From an uncultured virus (IMG/VR IMGVR_UViG_3300035135_002062) (Duplodnaviria; Heunggongvirae; Uroviricota; Caudoviricetes), in the IMG/VR virus record IMGVR_UViG_3300035135_002062: 64,000 nucleotides of DNA; one strand, given 5' to 3'. Position 1 is the stretch's first letter; every line of letters begins with the position of its first letter. The notes below the pieces were generated by a model, which had not been told where the DNA came from, did no database searches, and was given only the letters and a program-made list of their open reading frames with translations. The translations under genes and the position numbers were made by a program. Shown here one piece after another: positions 38,991 through 48,045 of the stretch.

Positions 38991-39359
38991 ATGAAAGTAC
39001 ATCCTTATGTATATGTTGGGTTGAATAAACAAACTCAAGCGACATTTAAAAAAAGTAGACACAATAATATAAATCCCGATACCGTACTTAAGATTGTCTC
39101 TCAAAAGACGGGTGTCACAGTAAATGAAATACTGTCAAGATCAAGAATCAGAGAAATATCTGATGCAAGACAGATGTTTTGTTATATAATGAGGGAAAAG
39201 TATGGTATGAGATACGCCAAAATTGGTCGAATTATTGGTAGAGACCATGCAACAGCAATCCACTCTTGTAAATCACATAAAGACAAATGTGATGTGGAAA
39301 GAGAATATAGAGAATTAACTAAAATTACTTGTGAACTCGTAAGAGAGTCCGAATTCTAA
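38991..39359 (+). CDS. stand-alone DnaA domain IV (Bac_DnaA_C) DNA-binding protein
   Basis: ILSRSRIREISDARQMFCYIMRE...IGRIIGRDHATAIHS. Confidence 0.88.
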   Translation: MKVHPYVYVGLNKQTQATFKKSRHNNINPDTVLKIVSQKTGVTVNEILSRSRIREISDARQMFCYIMREKYGMRYAKIGRIIGRDHATAIHSCKSHKDKCDVEREYRELTKITCELVRESEF

Positions 39360-39581
39360 TTATCTCGTTGTAGCGGTATGTAGGACAAAAAGGATCATAC
39401 CTGAGAATAAGATACCTAAAATAGTCTTATCATTCTGTGTTACCTTTGGGTTGTCCTTGATGTTTAGTTTATCGAATAAACTTGTAGAAGGTCTCTTTTT
39501 CTCCCAACTTGGTTTATTGGACGCACAACTACCAAATAGGAATATACCACATAACATCAATGCAACTATTTTTCTTTTCAT
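39360..39581 (-). CDS. small lipoprotein with a C-terminal TM
   Basis: LFGSC lipobox; C-terminal hydrophobic helix. Confidence 0.6.
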   Translation of the reverse strand: MKRKIVALMLCGIFLFGSCASNKPSWEKKRPSTSLFDKLNIKDNPKVTQNDKTILGILFSGMILFVLHTATTR

Positions 39582-39619
39582 ACTGAGAAATGTTGTTGAT
39601 TTATACGATGAATGATATT

Positions 39620-39991
39620 CTATTCATCATAAATTGTACTATCCATCTTCGAGTACAATTTGATAAACTGTCCCGCTTTTGAGTTCGCCTCATCTTCTAT
39701 TTCACCACCAATATCAGGTGGTTTGGGACCGTCTAAACGACCTTGTTCATATTGACAGTGATGTACTAACTCGTGAGCACAACTTCTCATAATATCAACA
39801 ATGTGTCTATTTTTTGAATTTACCTTAATAACTTTTGTGGGTTGAGAGTAATTGTAATGTGCTGTTGTTTTTAGGTCTCCTCTACCATTCAATAGTTTAA
39901 TTGAGGGCATAGTCTTAATACCTAACTCGTCTTTAACGAATTTTATAAACGCAACAATCCTGTCTTTATCCCTTTGTTCTAAGAAACTCAT
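39620..39991 (-). CDS. zincin-like metallopeptidase (HExxH)
   Basis: AHELVHHCQ...EDEAN. Confidence 0.7.
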   Translation of the reverse strand: MSFLEQRDKDRIVAFIKFVKDELGIKTMPSIKLLNGRGDLKTTAHYNYSQPTKVIKVNSKNRHIVDIMRSCAHELVHHCQYEQGRLDGPKPPDIGGEIEDEANSKAGQFIKLYSKMDSTIYDE

Positions 39992-40004
39992 ACCAATAAA
40001 TATG

Positions 40005-40211
40005 TTAATCTTTGATAACTCCTCGTTTGATTAACTCTCTCTTGATCTTGTTTTTGTTCTTACTTTGACTTGGGCTTTCATAAAGTTTCTTTAACTCCTC
40101 AGTAGATGTTCCACTTGGTGTGTGATGTTTTAATACCCATTTGTTAGGTATTATCTTTCCTTTTGAATCTCTAACGTACTCTTTGGTACTTGGTTTTAAT
40201 TTTACTCCCAT
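40005..40211 (-). CDS. small basic hypothetical protein
   Basis: 68-aa ORF. Confidence 0.6.
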   Translation of the reverse strand: MGVKLKPSTKEYVRDSKGKIIPNKWVLKHHTPSGTSTEELKKLYESPSQSKNKNKIKRELIKRGVIKD

Positions 40212-40219
40212 AATATATT

Positions 40220-40312
40220 TTATTTATCTAACCACTTAAACCACCTATTCATAATAAACCAAAAGAGTATAAATATTCCAATTAATTTACACAATAGAAT
40301 AAAGGTTTCCAT
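40220..40312 (-). CDS. small membrane peptide (METFILLCKLIGIFILFWFIMNRWFKWLDK)
   Basis: ATG at 40312 after a TATTTAT motif at 40321-40327. Confidence 0.5.
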   Translation of the reverse strand: METFILLCKLIGIFILFWFIMNRWFKWLDK

Positions 40313-40329
40313 GATCAATGATAAATATA

Positions 40330-42093
40330 CTATAATGGAATTTTGGACCCTATCATAAAAGAATTTAAAACAGGTATATTTGGGTCTGAGGATTTGATCA
40401 TTGTCCAACCGAGGTTGAAACTAAATTTGTTCGTCACCTGAACGGTAAACGAGTTTGATAATACACCCATGAAAGGGATTTTAGTCCCTCTGAGTGTGTT
40501 TTTTACTTTAAATGCAACACCATCAACAGTAAAGTCATCATAACCTGTCATGACAGGTGTTTGTAAGAAAATAAATGCGGGTGAATAAGTGATTCTATCA
40601 GTTAGTTTAAGAGTATTAGTATATAGAAGGTTGTACCCCAACATAAAATTTTCTCTGATTGCCTCCTTGATAAATACGGTACCGTAACTCACCCCAATAC
40701 CTACGACACCATACTTACCTAAGGGTTTTAATTCAGTAATACTTCCCATGACCGCATTACTTGTATAATTTCTTGTATAACTCAAAGCCAAAGAACTTAT
40801 ACTTCTGACCTTGTAATCTTTTGTCATATGTACTTTAGACATATTGGCTGACAGTGATGCCTGTTGCAGGTTTGCCCATATCATGAGGTTACCACCGTAT
40901 GAAACGTCACCAAAAATAGATGACCGTGAAACCCCGATATTGACGATGTAATCATAGGAACCCAGAAGAGTCTGCATAGACATCACGTCGGCCTTTAATT
41001 GTATTGGAAGGAATTTTTTCTTTTCCTCCTCTTTTTCTTCCTCTTCTTCAGAGTCTTCTTCTTTCTGTTCTTCTTTTTCCTCTTCTTCCGATTCCTCTTT
41101 ATCTTCTTCTTTTTCTTCTTCTTTATTTTCCTCTTCTTTTTCTTCTTCTTTATTTTCTTCTTTTTCTTCAGATTTTTCCTCTACTTCTTCTTCGGTGTCT
41201 TCGGATTTTTCCTCGGAGTTATCGTCACTTTCTCCCCCATTATCCTCTTCGCCGTCCGATCCATTTTCTGAATCCCCTCCATTGTCATTTTCCTCTGACG
41301 AATCTGATCCCTCTCCACTATCTCCTGAGTTGTCATCCGAATCTCCACTACCTTCTCCTGAATCTCCTCCACTATCTCCCGAATTCTCGTCCGAAGATCC
41401 TGACGAATCTGAAGAACTGTTTTCGTCTGATCCCGTTCCCCCCGAAGTATCAGATTCAGAAGATCCACCTGAATCCCCACCAGACGAACCTGAATCACCA
41501 CCTGATGAACCCGAAGAATTATTATCTGACCCACTATTCGAATTCGACGAATCCCCTCCTGAACTTGAGGAACCACCACTCGAACTCGACGAACCACTTG
41601 ATGTATTATTTGATGAATTGTTTCCATTAGTACTACCTGTATTTGTTGACCCTGTATTAGTACTACCCGTATTTGTTGTTCCTGTATTTGTTGTCCCCGT
41701 ATTCGCGGTATTATTTGCGGCACTTGAAGCTGCGTTAGACGCATTACTCGCCGCGTTAGATGCACTACTCGCAGCATTTGATGCGTTAGTTGCTGTTTGT
41801 TGTGCATTTTGTGTTTGTGCTGTTGTTGAAGAACACGGTGACAATGCGTTCCACCAAGAGTATGTCTCTAACAACCAATTCTGTAATTCACCATTCGTAT
41901 ACTCTTGATAAGTGAATGTTTTAATTCTATTGTAAAACGCAACGGTTGCCGATCCATTGACAAAGTTTGCGGTTACAACTTGAGGTTGTTGAGTACATCT
42001 ATCGATAAAGACTTGGGTAAAAACCTGACCTAACGATTTAGTAGAACACAATAACAGTAAAATAAGGATAGTTTTTCGCACATTAATTTTCAA
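40330..42093 (-). CDS. secreted protein with a long low-complexity (TNTG, S/G/D, E/K) linker and C-terminal outer-membrane beta-barrel-like domain
   Basis: Signal peptide; repeat tract about 41020-41800; alternating amphipathic strands in the last ~230 aa. Confidence 0.6.
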   Translation of the reverse strand: MKINVRKTILILLLLCSTKSLGQVFTQVFIDRCTQQPQVVTANFVNGSATVAFYNRIKTFTYQEYTNGELQNWLLETYSWWNALSPCSSTTAQTQNAQQTATNASNAASSASNAASNASNAASSAANNTANTGTTNTGTTNTGSTNTGSTNTGSTNGNNSSNNTSSGSSSSSGGSSSSGGDSSNSNSGSDNNSSGSSGGDSGSSGGDSGGSSESDTSGGTGSDENSSSDSSGSSDENSGDSGGDSGEGSGDSDDNSGDSGEGSDSSEENDNGGDSENGSDGEEDNGGESDDNSEEKSEDTEEEVEEKSEEKEENKEEEKEEENKEEEKEEDKEESEEEEKEEQKEEDSEEEEEKEEEKKKFLPIQLKADVMSMQTLLGSYDYIVNIGVSRSSIFGDVSYGGNLMIWANLQQASLSANMSKVHMTKDYKVRSISSLALSYTRNYTSNAVMGSITELKPLGKYGVVGIGVSYGTVFIKEAIRENFMLGYNLLYTNTLKLTDRITYSPAFIFLQTPVMTGYDDFTVDGVAFKVKNTLRGTKIPFMGVLSNSFTVQVTNKFSFNLGWTMIKSSDPNIPVLNSFMIGSKIPL

Positions 42094-42802
42094 AAATCTT
42101 TTTTCTTATCATTCTTGACACTATCCTCGCCGACGCAGTTTCTAAAGCCTTACGTGTTGTTACCCCGATCGCAGATTGTCTAAAATTTACTTCTTCTAAA
42201 TTTGATAGTAGACCATCTGTACTTTTAACCGTTTGAGACTCACCTAAACCACTACCAACGATATATGTTCCGTTGGTTGCATTTGTGAACCTAACCTGTA
42301 ATCCCAATCTTGTAGTTTGTGTTTGTTTAACACCATCTTTAAGACCGATAACTTCATCTTCTGAAACCGAAAAGTCATATATTTCTATGGTTACAAAATA
42401 TTCCGCAAGTTTTACCTTACCAAAACCATATACATCATTCTCACTTACTCCAACTTTCGATGCTTTCCATTGTGTCTTCATTCTTTCTTTGATGTCGTCC
42501 TTTTCCTCAACAAACTCGAATCTATTGGTCCAATCCAAATACTCTATTACCATATTTGTTACACCAAGACCGATTCTCGCGTCTTTCAGTTCGGGCCACA
42601 TCTCATAGACCTCATCAGAAGCACTAATTTTCAATAGTGCTATCGGTATCATCGGTCCCCAATAATCAGAAACGTCATCGATTGATTTTCTTTTTTCAAA
42701 ATCCGCGACGTATTCTTCCGCTTTAACTTTACCAATATTCTGTGCGTTCATGGTGTGTGTAGATATTACACATACCACTAGCAGTGATACTAATAATCTC
42801 AT
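42083..42802 (-). CDS. CsgG/HfaB-family protein
   Basis: Signal peptide; GVTNMVIEYLDWTNRFEFVEE, AEYFVTIEIYDFS, LGLQVRFTNATNG fit the CsgG-like fold. Confidence 0.7.
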   Translation of the reverse strand: MRLLVSLLVVCVISTHTMNAQNIGKVKAEEYVADFEKRKSIDDVSDYWGPMIPIALLKISASDEVYEMWPELKDARIGLGVTNMVIEYLDWTNRFEFVEEKDDIKERMKTQWKASKVGVSENDVYGFGKVKLAEYFVTIEIYDFSVSEDEVIGLKDGVKQTQTTRLGLQVRFTNATNGTYIVGSGLGESQTVKSTDGLLSNLEEVNFRQSAIGVTTRKALETASARIVSRMIRKKIFEN

Positions 42803-42844
42803 TTTATTTTAGATTAACTTATACCAGTGTATTGATTTTTCGAT

Positions 42845-43036
42845 CTAACAACAGTAGTCAAATACTCCAAAAGTAGCGTTCTGAATATCCGCTTCACCCG
42901 TTACAATTCCGTGAATAATCGCTACGAAACCGAGGACAAAGAAAAACAGTAAAACTGCAATCCACACCTTCACAATGATATCAACTATCTTGTAATCTGA
43001 CGCCCTTTCTGTAAAAATCGATTTTAAACTTTCCAT
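42845..43036 (-). CDS. small membrane protein
   Basis: Single long hydrophobic helix. Confidence 0.55.
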   Translation of the reverse strand: MESLKSIFTERASDYKIVDIIVKVWIAVLLFFFVLGFVAIIHGIVTGEADIQNATFGVFDYCC

Positions 43037-43067
43037 ACTAAATTTTTTTTTACACTTTATTATGTTG

Positions 43068-43307
43068 TTACCAACTATGAGTTTTTTTTACTTCCCTTGG
43101 AAGAGTCCAACTCATTTTTTTCATGATGTAACTCCATAGAAACGATAGGGTGAAGAATTGAACTATGAATAATAGTCCAAAGTATCCATTAGGGTCCTGC
43201 ATTTGGTCCTCAAAGACCAACAAAAAACCAACTAAATAAGATACGATTGTTCCGAAACCCCAAAGTTGTCCCCATTTCTGACACCAACTTTTACACTTAT
43301 TTAACAT
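43068..43307 (-). CDS. small two-TM membrane protein
   Basis: Two hydrophobic helices. Confidence 0.55.
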   Translation of the reverse strand: MLNKCKSWCQKWGQLWGFGTIVSYLVGFLLVFEDQMQDPNGYFGLLFIVQFFTLSFLWSYIMKKMSWTLPREVKKTHSW

Positions 43308-43324
43308 TTAATTATGTGTTTATA

Positions 43325-43615
43325 TTACCAATCAACATCCTCCTTTTCCTTTTCTTTTTCTACAGGAACTTCCTTTATGATTACTTTTTCTTTCGTCGAT
43401 TCCTGTGGAGGTATGTTAATGTTTATTATCGGTTGTTGTGACTCTTCTGATGAATCGTCGACAACCTCTTGTATTACTTCAGGTTCGTCGGGTGTAAACC
43501 AATTCTCTAAATTAGTAACCACAATCCCCCCTACTGCTGTTATGATTATACCAATAGTGGTAATAACCTGATTTTTAATTTCACTTAAAAAACCTTTTTT
43601 TTCTTCTTTTGACAT
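43325..43615 (-). CDS. single-TM protein with a charged tail
   Basis: VITTIGIIITAVGGIVV; QQPIININIP. Confidence 0.65.
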   Translation of the reverse strand: MSKEEKKGFLSEIKNQVITTIGIIITAVGGIVVTNLENWFTPDEPEVIQEVVDDSSEESQQPIININIPPQESTKEKVIIKEVPVEKEKEKEDVDW

Positions 43616-43619
43616 GATC

Positions 43620-43997
43620 TTATTGAACTACAAATGACTCGGCACCTAACAAATTGTGATTGTCATCTGTTAGTTGAATCAAATAACCTGATTTATCAAG
43701 TGATGAAACATATACTTTCAAAATGTTATCACCTTCCTTCGCTTCAATTCTCTCTTGCGATATTAGTTCATTATTTAAACCATGTCTAATTTTCACTCTG
43801 TAGTAACCTGAAGATTCAAGTTTAACATTCATTGCCACTCTGTCGTGTACAATCGTATTTTCTAACTTAATCCCTATTAAATCATAAATCTCTAATGATT
43901 CAGGTACTTCCTGTACGGGATCTATTTGGATGAAATCTTCATCTTTTGCACATCCCACAATTATTAAAAAAACCAATAGTAATAATCCTTTTTTCAT
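43620..43997 (-). CDS. lipoprotein with an Ig-like (T9SS-CTD-like) domain
   Basis: IIVGC lipobox; SSLDKSGYLIQL pattern. Confidence 0.55.
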   Translation of the reverse strand: MKKGLLLLVFLIIVGCAKDEDFIQIDPVQEVPESLEIYDLIGIKLENTIVHDRVAMNVKLESSGYYRVKIRHGLNNELISQERIEAKEGDNILKVYVSSLDKSGYLIQLTDDNHNLLGAESFVVQ

Positions 43998-44003
43998 ATC
44001 TTT

Positions 44004-45668
44004 TTACTGTATATTAAATTTTATTTGTGTTCCATCTGCTTTAACCCCCTCTTTAACTCTAAAAGTGATTAAACCTGATGTATTTTGTATTTCCTCATTA
44101 GGAGTGAATACCAATTTATACGGTGTACCCGTTTTTACTACTTGAGTAAAGTTTTGATCGAAAGAACCCACTCTAACTTTACCTTCTTCAATGACGTTAG
44201 AGAAGTTTGTCATTTCATTACCTGTATCGAAGATTACATTCTCCAACGTTAATACATCCGTATTGTATACGATATTGAATTGTGAACCTACCATATCTGC
44301 AACTTCTGAATTGATAGAGAAATGAACCTTTCCGTCAACAATCTCAGACACTAAATCTAAGTTTGCCGTTTCTGTTTGATTGTATTTAGCACCAGGTGCC
44401 ATTGAAACTCTAAATGATTGTGAAGTTGCTTGTGTTGATGTAGACTTCTCACCACTTGAAACTGATGGTTCATAGGAATGTGAGAAATTAACATCACCTC
44501 TCAGACCATGTGCAACATTTATAGTTTTAGAACTTTGATCTGAATCAACTGCGGTAAATGTATTAGCGAATGTTACTGATCCGTTTGAATATGCACCATA
44601 CGTTTCTTTGATACCACTGTATTCGTGAACTGTACCTGCCTTTGTAATGTAATTTGTATTCCCTGTTGTTACACCTTGTAAGTACGCTAATATCTCATAA
44701 GAATCTTGGAAATTTACACCGTCATCACCACCAACAACATCAGCGATAATATCTTGTATGTAATAATCGAATGTTGTTGAACTTCCACTTGGTCCTGATC
44801 CCGCACCAATCGCTTCTGCAAATACCAATGCCAAGTCTGAGACAGTCACAACTTCACCTAAATACTCAGGTAGATCTGAAATAGATACCGATATATTATA
44901 TTGAACATCGTGTTCTAACCCATCTATACTTGCCTGTCCGCTTGAGTCGAAATCACCACTCTTTACAGTCTCTCCTGAACCATTTTTGATTACATAAGAG
45001 TAATCCGTACCGTCTGATACATTATTATCTAAGAGTTTAGAAAATAGGTTTATGGTTACCGCACCTGCGTTACCACCTTGTATATTACTTAAGGATTGTG
45101 ATGATGGACTTTTTATGGTTTGTATTTGTGTACCATCTGACTCCTTATAGTTTGCCCAATTCACTTTAATTATATTACTATAATCAGAGTAGTTTGAACC
45201 AAACTTATCCTTTATTTTAAATTTATATTTTACAAACTCCCCATCACTTGGATATGCCTCTGAAGTTTGTACTGTAATTCTCTCAACATTCCAATCAGAA
45301 CTTGCTGAATACGAATTATTTCCTGCCTCATTACGCCACCAATTATACTGAACATCCATGTCATCTTCATCGGTATTTGATTTAGGGTTAAATTTATATC
45401 CCGTCCAATTGTTTCTCGCAAATGATGCTCCCGTTGGTGCTTCTGAATCGTGAGAAATATAAGATAAGAGTTTGTTATTGTATTCAAAGTCAAATTGACC
45501 TGTCGTTAGACTATTTTGATCCTTCTTGAAATATTGAAATTTCATTATAAGAGTATCCCCAACCTTGGAGACATTATTGACAGGACTATAATTTATCTCT
45601 GATGGATCCTGCCCATAAGTACTTAGTGTCAAAAGTACACTTACTAAAAAAGTTAAAAATTTTTTCAT
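44004..45668 (-). CDS. secreted protein with cohesin-like domains and a dockerin/EF-hand-like motif
   Basis: Signal peptide; GQFDFEYNNKLL and GSQFNIVYNTDVLTL (cohesin-like); ADVVGGDDGVNFQDSYEIL (dockerin-like). Confidence 0.6.
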   Translation of the reverse strand: MKKFLTFLVSVLLTLSTYGQDPSEINYSPVNNVSKVGDTLIMKFQYFKKDQNSLTTGQFDFEYNNKLLSYISHDSEAPTGASFARNNWTGYKFNPKSNTDEDDMDVQYNWWRNEAGNNSYSASSDWNVERITVQTSEAYPSDGEFVKYKFKIKDKFGSNYSDYSNIIKVNWANYKESDGTQIQTIKSPSSQSLSNIQGGNAGAVTINLFSKLLDNNVSDGTDYSYVIKNGSGETVKSGDFDSSGQASIDGLEHDVQYNISVSISDLPEYLGEVVTVSDLALVFAEAIGAGSGPSGSSTTFDYYIQDIIADVVGGDDGVNFQDSYEILAYLQGVTTGNTNYITKAGTVHEYSGIKETYGAYSNGSVTFANTFTAVDSDQSSKTINVAHGLRGDVNFSHSYEPSVSSGEKSTSTQATSQSFRVSMAPGAKYNQTETANLDLVSEIVDGKVHFSINSEVADMVGSQFNIVYNTDVLTLENVIFDTGNEMTNFSNVIEEGKVRVGSFDQNFTQVVKTGTPYKLVFTPNEEIQNTSGLITFRVKEGVKADGTQIKFNIQ

Positions 45669-46240
45669 AATAATAAATCTTCTACAATGTTTTTACATAA
45701 TTTTTTTAATGCGATACTCGCTGTTTGTTGATTAAATGTTCCGTCCTCTCCCACAACCAGTGTAGAGGTAGTAATCTGCTTGGATTGTCCTTTTTGAGTA
45801 GTTCTCTTTTTAATCTTTCCATCGATCTCTAATTCACCTATAGCAATAATTTCGGTGACTGAAAGATCATTATGGTAAAAACCTATACTTCTTCCAATGT
45901 TCTTGACATCGAAAAAGACCAACCGAACATTGATTTTACGATTCGATCGGTCTGATAAATCGAAGTCTAAATCCATAAGAATTTCCTCTAATATATTTTT
46001 TACCCCAAAAGATATGTTTCGATTACCCGCAAAGGGACCCATGCGGATGTCATTAGTAACCTCACCAATAGAAATTTCCCTGTCAATAATATCTTTTTTA
46101 TTATCGATAGGTAATTCTGCTGATGTTGTTAGAAGTAAAATTGAGAAGAGTGTTGTCCACTTCACGATCCTACTGATTTGTCTTGGGTATATACTATACC
46201 CACGCAGAGCAAGTTGCTCATACATATTCCGAATTCCCAT
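45665..46240 (-). CDS. secreted/membrane-anchored protein, possible distant CsgG-like fold
   Basis: N-terminal hydrophobic segment; FGVKNILEEIL and FNQQTASIALKK resemble segments of the 42083-42802 protein. Confidence 0.45.
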   Translation of the reverse strand: MGIRNMYEQLALRGYSIYPRQISRIVKWTTLFSILLLTTSAELPIDNKKDIIDREISIGEVTNDIRMGPFAGNRNISFGVKNILEEILMDLDFDLSDRSNRKINVRLVFFDVKNIGRSIGFYHNDLSVTEIIAIGELEIDGKIKKRTTQKGQSKQITTSTLVVGEDGTFNQQTASIALKKLCKNIVEDLLL

Positions 46241-46259
46241 ACCAATAAATACCTGATTC

Positions 46260-46499
46260 CTACAAAAGTTCCTCTGAACCTAAAGAATTTTCAGAATAGT
46301 AGCTCTCAAGTATCTCTAATACGAATTCTTCATCTAAACCATCAATTAAATCTTCTTCTTCAATTACCATGGGTGCGTAATATTTCGCATCCTCTAAAGA
46401 AAGTTTTAAAACTCTATAGTAATCTTCGTCTTGTGAAGTGGAGAACCTAACCTCTAATTCTTGGTCAGATTCTTCGTAATAAAAATCTATAATTTCCAT
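46260..46499 (-). CDS. acidic hypothetical protein
   Basis: 79-aa ORF. Confidence 0.65.
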   Translation of the reverse strand: MEIIDFYYEESDQELEVRFSTSQDEDYYRVLKLSLEDAKYYAPMVIEEEDLIDGLDEEFVLEILESYYSENSLGSEELL

Positions 46500-46552
46500 A
46501 TACGTAATAAAAATTACATATAACTATCATGGAAAATAAGAAAAGTTTGATT

Positions 46553-47212
46553 TTACGAAAATCTATGAACGGAAGCGGGATCAATATGTGTTTTACCCCT
46601 CAATACCTCGTAGTGTACGTGTGGACCCATTGAGTTACCTGCGTATGGTGATCCTTTCGCACCACCCGATAAACCAACTAATTGTCCTTTTTGAACCCTT
46701 TGACCTTTACTAACTATACTAAAGTTACTTAGGTGACAATATTTTGTTTGTAATCCATTATCGTGTTTGATCTTTAAGAACCCACCACATTTACCACCTG
46801 CGTTTTTAGATTTAACCACAACACCGTCGGCAGGACTAAATATTTTTGAACCCACAGGGACACCTAAATCAACACCTTTGTGGTTTCTACTTGCACTACC
46901 ACCTATATTTCTTGGCCCATATGGACTCGTTAATTTGTAACTTTGAAGGGGTAACTGAAATTCATCGTCGGTTAGATATGTTTCACCAGACCTTAACCCT
47001 AACTTCCTTATTAATTCCTCTTGTGAAAGATTACTATCTTCAGGGTTATTTTGTATATGATCAAGCATTGCTGCCACCCACGCATCGGGCAAATCGTCTT
47101 GCCACAGATCGGCTAATTGATCTACGGTATCACCGAATTTATTGAGTGTATCATCGACACTGACATTTTCGACGATATTTATTAATTGAGACTCTGTCAG
47201 TTTTATTATCAT
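46553..47212 (-). CDS. M23 family peptidase (virion-associated peptidoglycan hydrolase)
   Basis: TSPYGPR, HKGVDL, YCHLS, GPHVHYEV; MIIKLTESQL leader. Confidence 0.92.
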   Translation of the reverse strand: MIIKLTESQLINIVENVSVDDTLNKFGDTVDQLADLWQDDLPDAWVAAMLDHIQNNPEDSNLSQEELIRKLGLRSGETYLTDDEFQLPLQSYKLTSPYGPRNIGGSASRNHKGVDLGVPVGSKIFSPADGVVVKSKNAGGKCGGFLKIKHDNGLQTKYCHLSNFSIVSKGQRVQKGQLVGLSGGAKGSPYAGNSMGPHVHYEVLRGKTHIDPASVHRFS

Positions 47213-47254
47213 ACTAATAAATATACAATTAAAGATAAAATGTGTAGATTTTAG

Positions 47255-47581
47255 ATGATGTTAAACTGGAAGAAAATACGAACTATATATCCACAATCCT
47301 ATAATAGGTTTGTCGGTATCATGTTTCCTTATGTAGGTGTATTGGGTCTTTCTACATTATATCTTTTCGATCCAAAGAAGTTATACTACTTTTTTGACAA
47401 ACAAAAGGTATACTTGACAATAGAAAGATTTGGGAGTAACCAATGGTTATATACTATCTCATTAGGGGACGGCACCGTACTATGTCCTAAACAAGAATCA
47501 AGAAAAACGAGGGACGAAATAGAAATAGATGGATTTATGGAGTGTTTTAATGTCTTAAATAAACAACTGAATTATGATTAG
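47255..47581 (+). CDS. hypothetical protein
   Basis: 108-aa ORF. Confidence 0.65.
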   Translation: MMLNWKKIRTIYPQSYNRFVGIMFPYVGVLGLSTLYLFDPKKLYYFFDKQKVYLTIERFGSNQWLYTISLGDGTVLCPKQESRKTRDEIEIDGFMECFNVLNKQLNYD

Positions 47582-47879
47582 TTCATTACAAATGCGAATG
47601 TCAGTAAATTTTCTCCTACAAGCAACAAGAGTTCTGCACGTTGGTAATTATGATCGGGAAGAACTCGAAATGATTTATAATTTCATGGTAAGTGTTGACA
47701 ATGAGGTATTAAATCATTATAATATAACATCTTCTGTTATAGTCTATTCGTCAGATTTAGAACTTTATATAGAGATTGTTGATGCATTAATTGACATCTT
47801 TGAGAGAAGTGAAGAATATGAGAAATGTGACGAACTGAAGAATAAAAAAGAGGAAGCATTAATTCTTATAAAAAAATAG
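47574..47879 (+). CDS. protein with a C-terminal UVR (UvrB/C)-like coiled-coil motif
   Basis: IDIFERSEEYEKCDELKNKKEE. Confidence 0.55.
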   Translation: MISSLQMRMSVNFLLQATRVLHVGNYDREELEMIYNFMVSVDNEVLNHYNITSSVIVYSSDLELYIEIVDALIDIFERSEEYEKCDELKNKKEEALILIKK

Positions 47880-47883
47880 TAAT

Positions 47884-48033
47884 ATGAGTGTATTTGGAAT
47901 GTCTGAAGAGGACAAAAAAAAGATTTTACAACAACATAAGGATGCAACTAAGTCTCATTATGTTAAACAGGACACCCTAAAAAAGGGTATCCAAGTTCCT
48001 GAAAAGAAACAAGAAGAAAAACCCTCAGAATAA
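47884..48033 (+). CDS. small hypothetical protein (49 aa, MSVFGMSEEDKKKILQQH...)
   Basis: Open frame below the track cutoff, ending at a terminator. Confidence 0.6.
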   Translation: MSVFGMSEEDKKKILQQHKDATKSHYVKQDTLKKGIQVPEKKQEEKPSE

Positions 48034-48045
48034 GAGGGTTTTTTT
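48017..48045. terminator. bidirectional terminator
   Basis: AAAAACCCTC-AGAATAA-GAGGGTTTTT between convergent genes. Confidence 0.8.

Noticed and set aside
40999..41908. Several long overlapping ORFs (F-rich, L-rich, S/P-rich) on other frames
   Set aside because: Stop-free shadows of the low-complexity tract in the 587-aa gene
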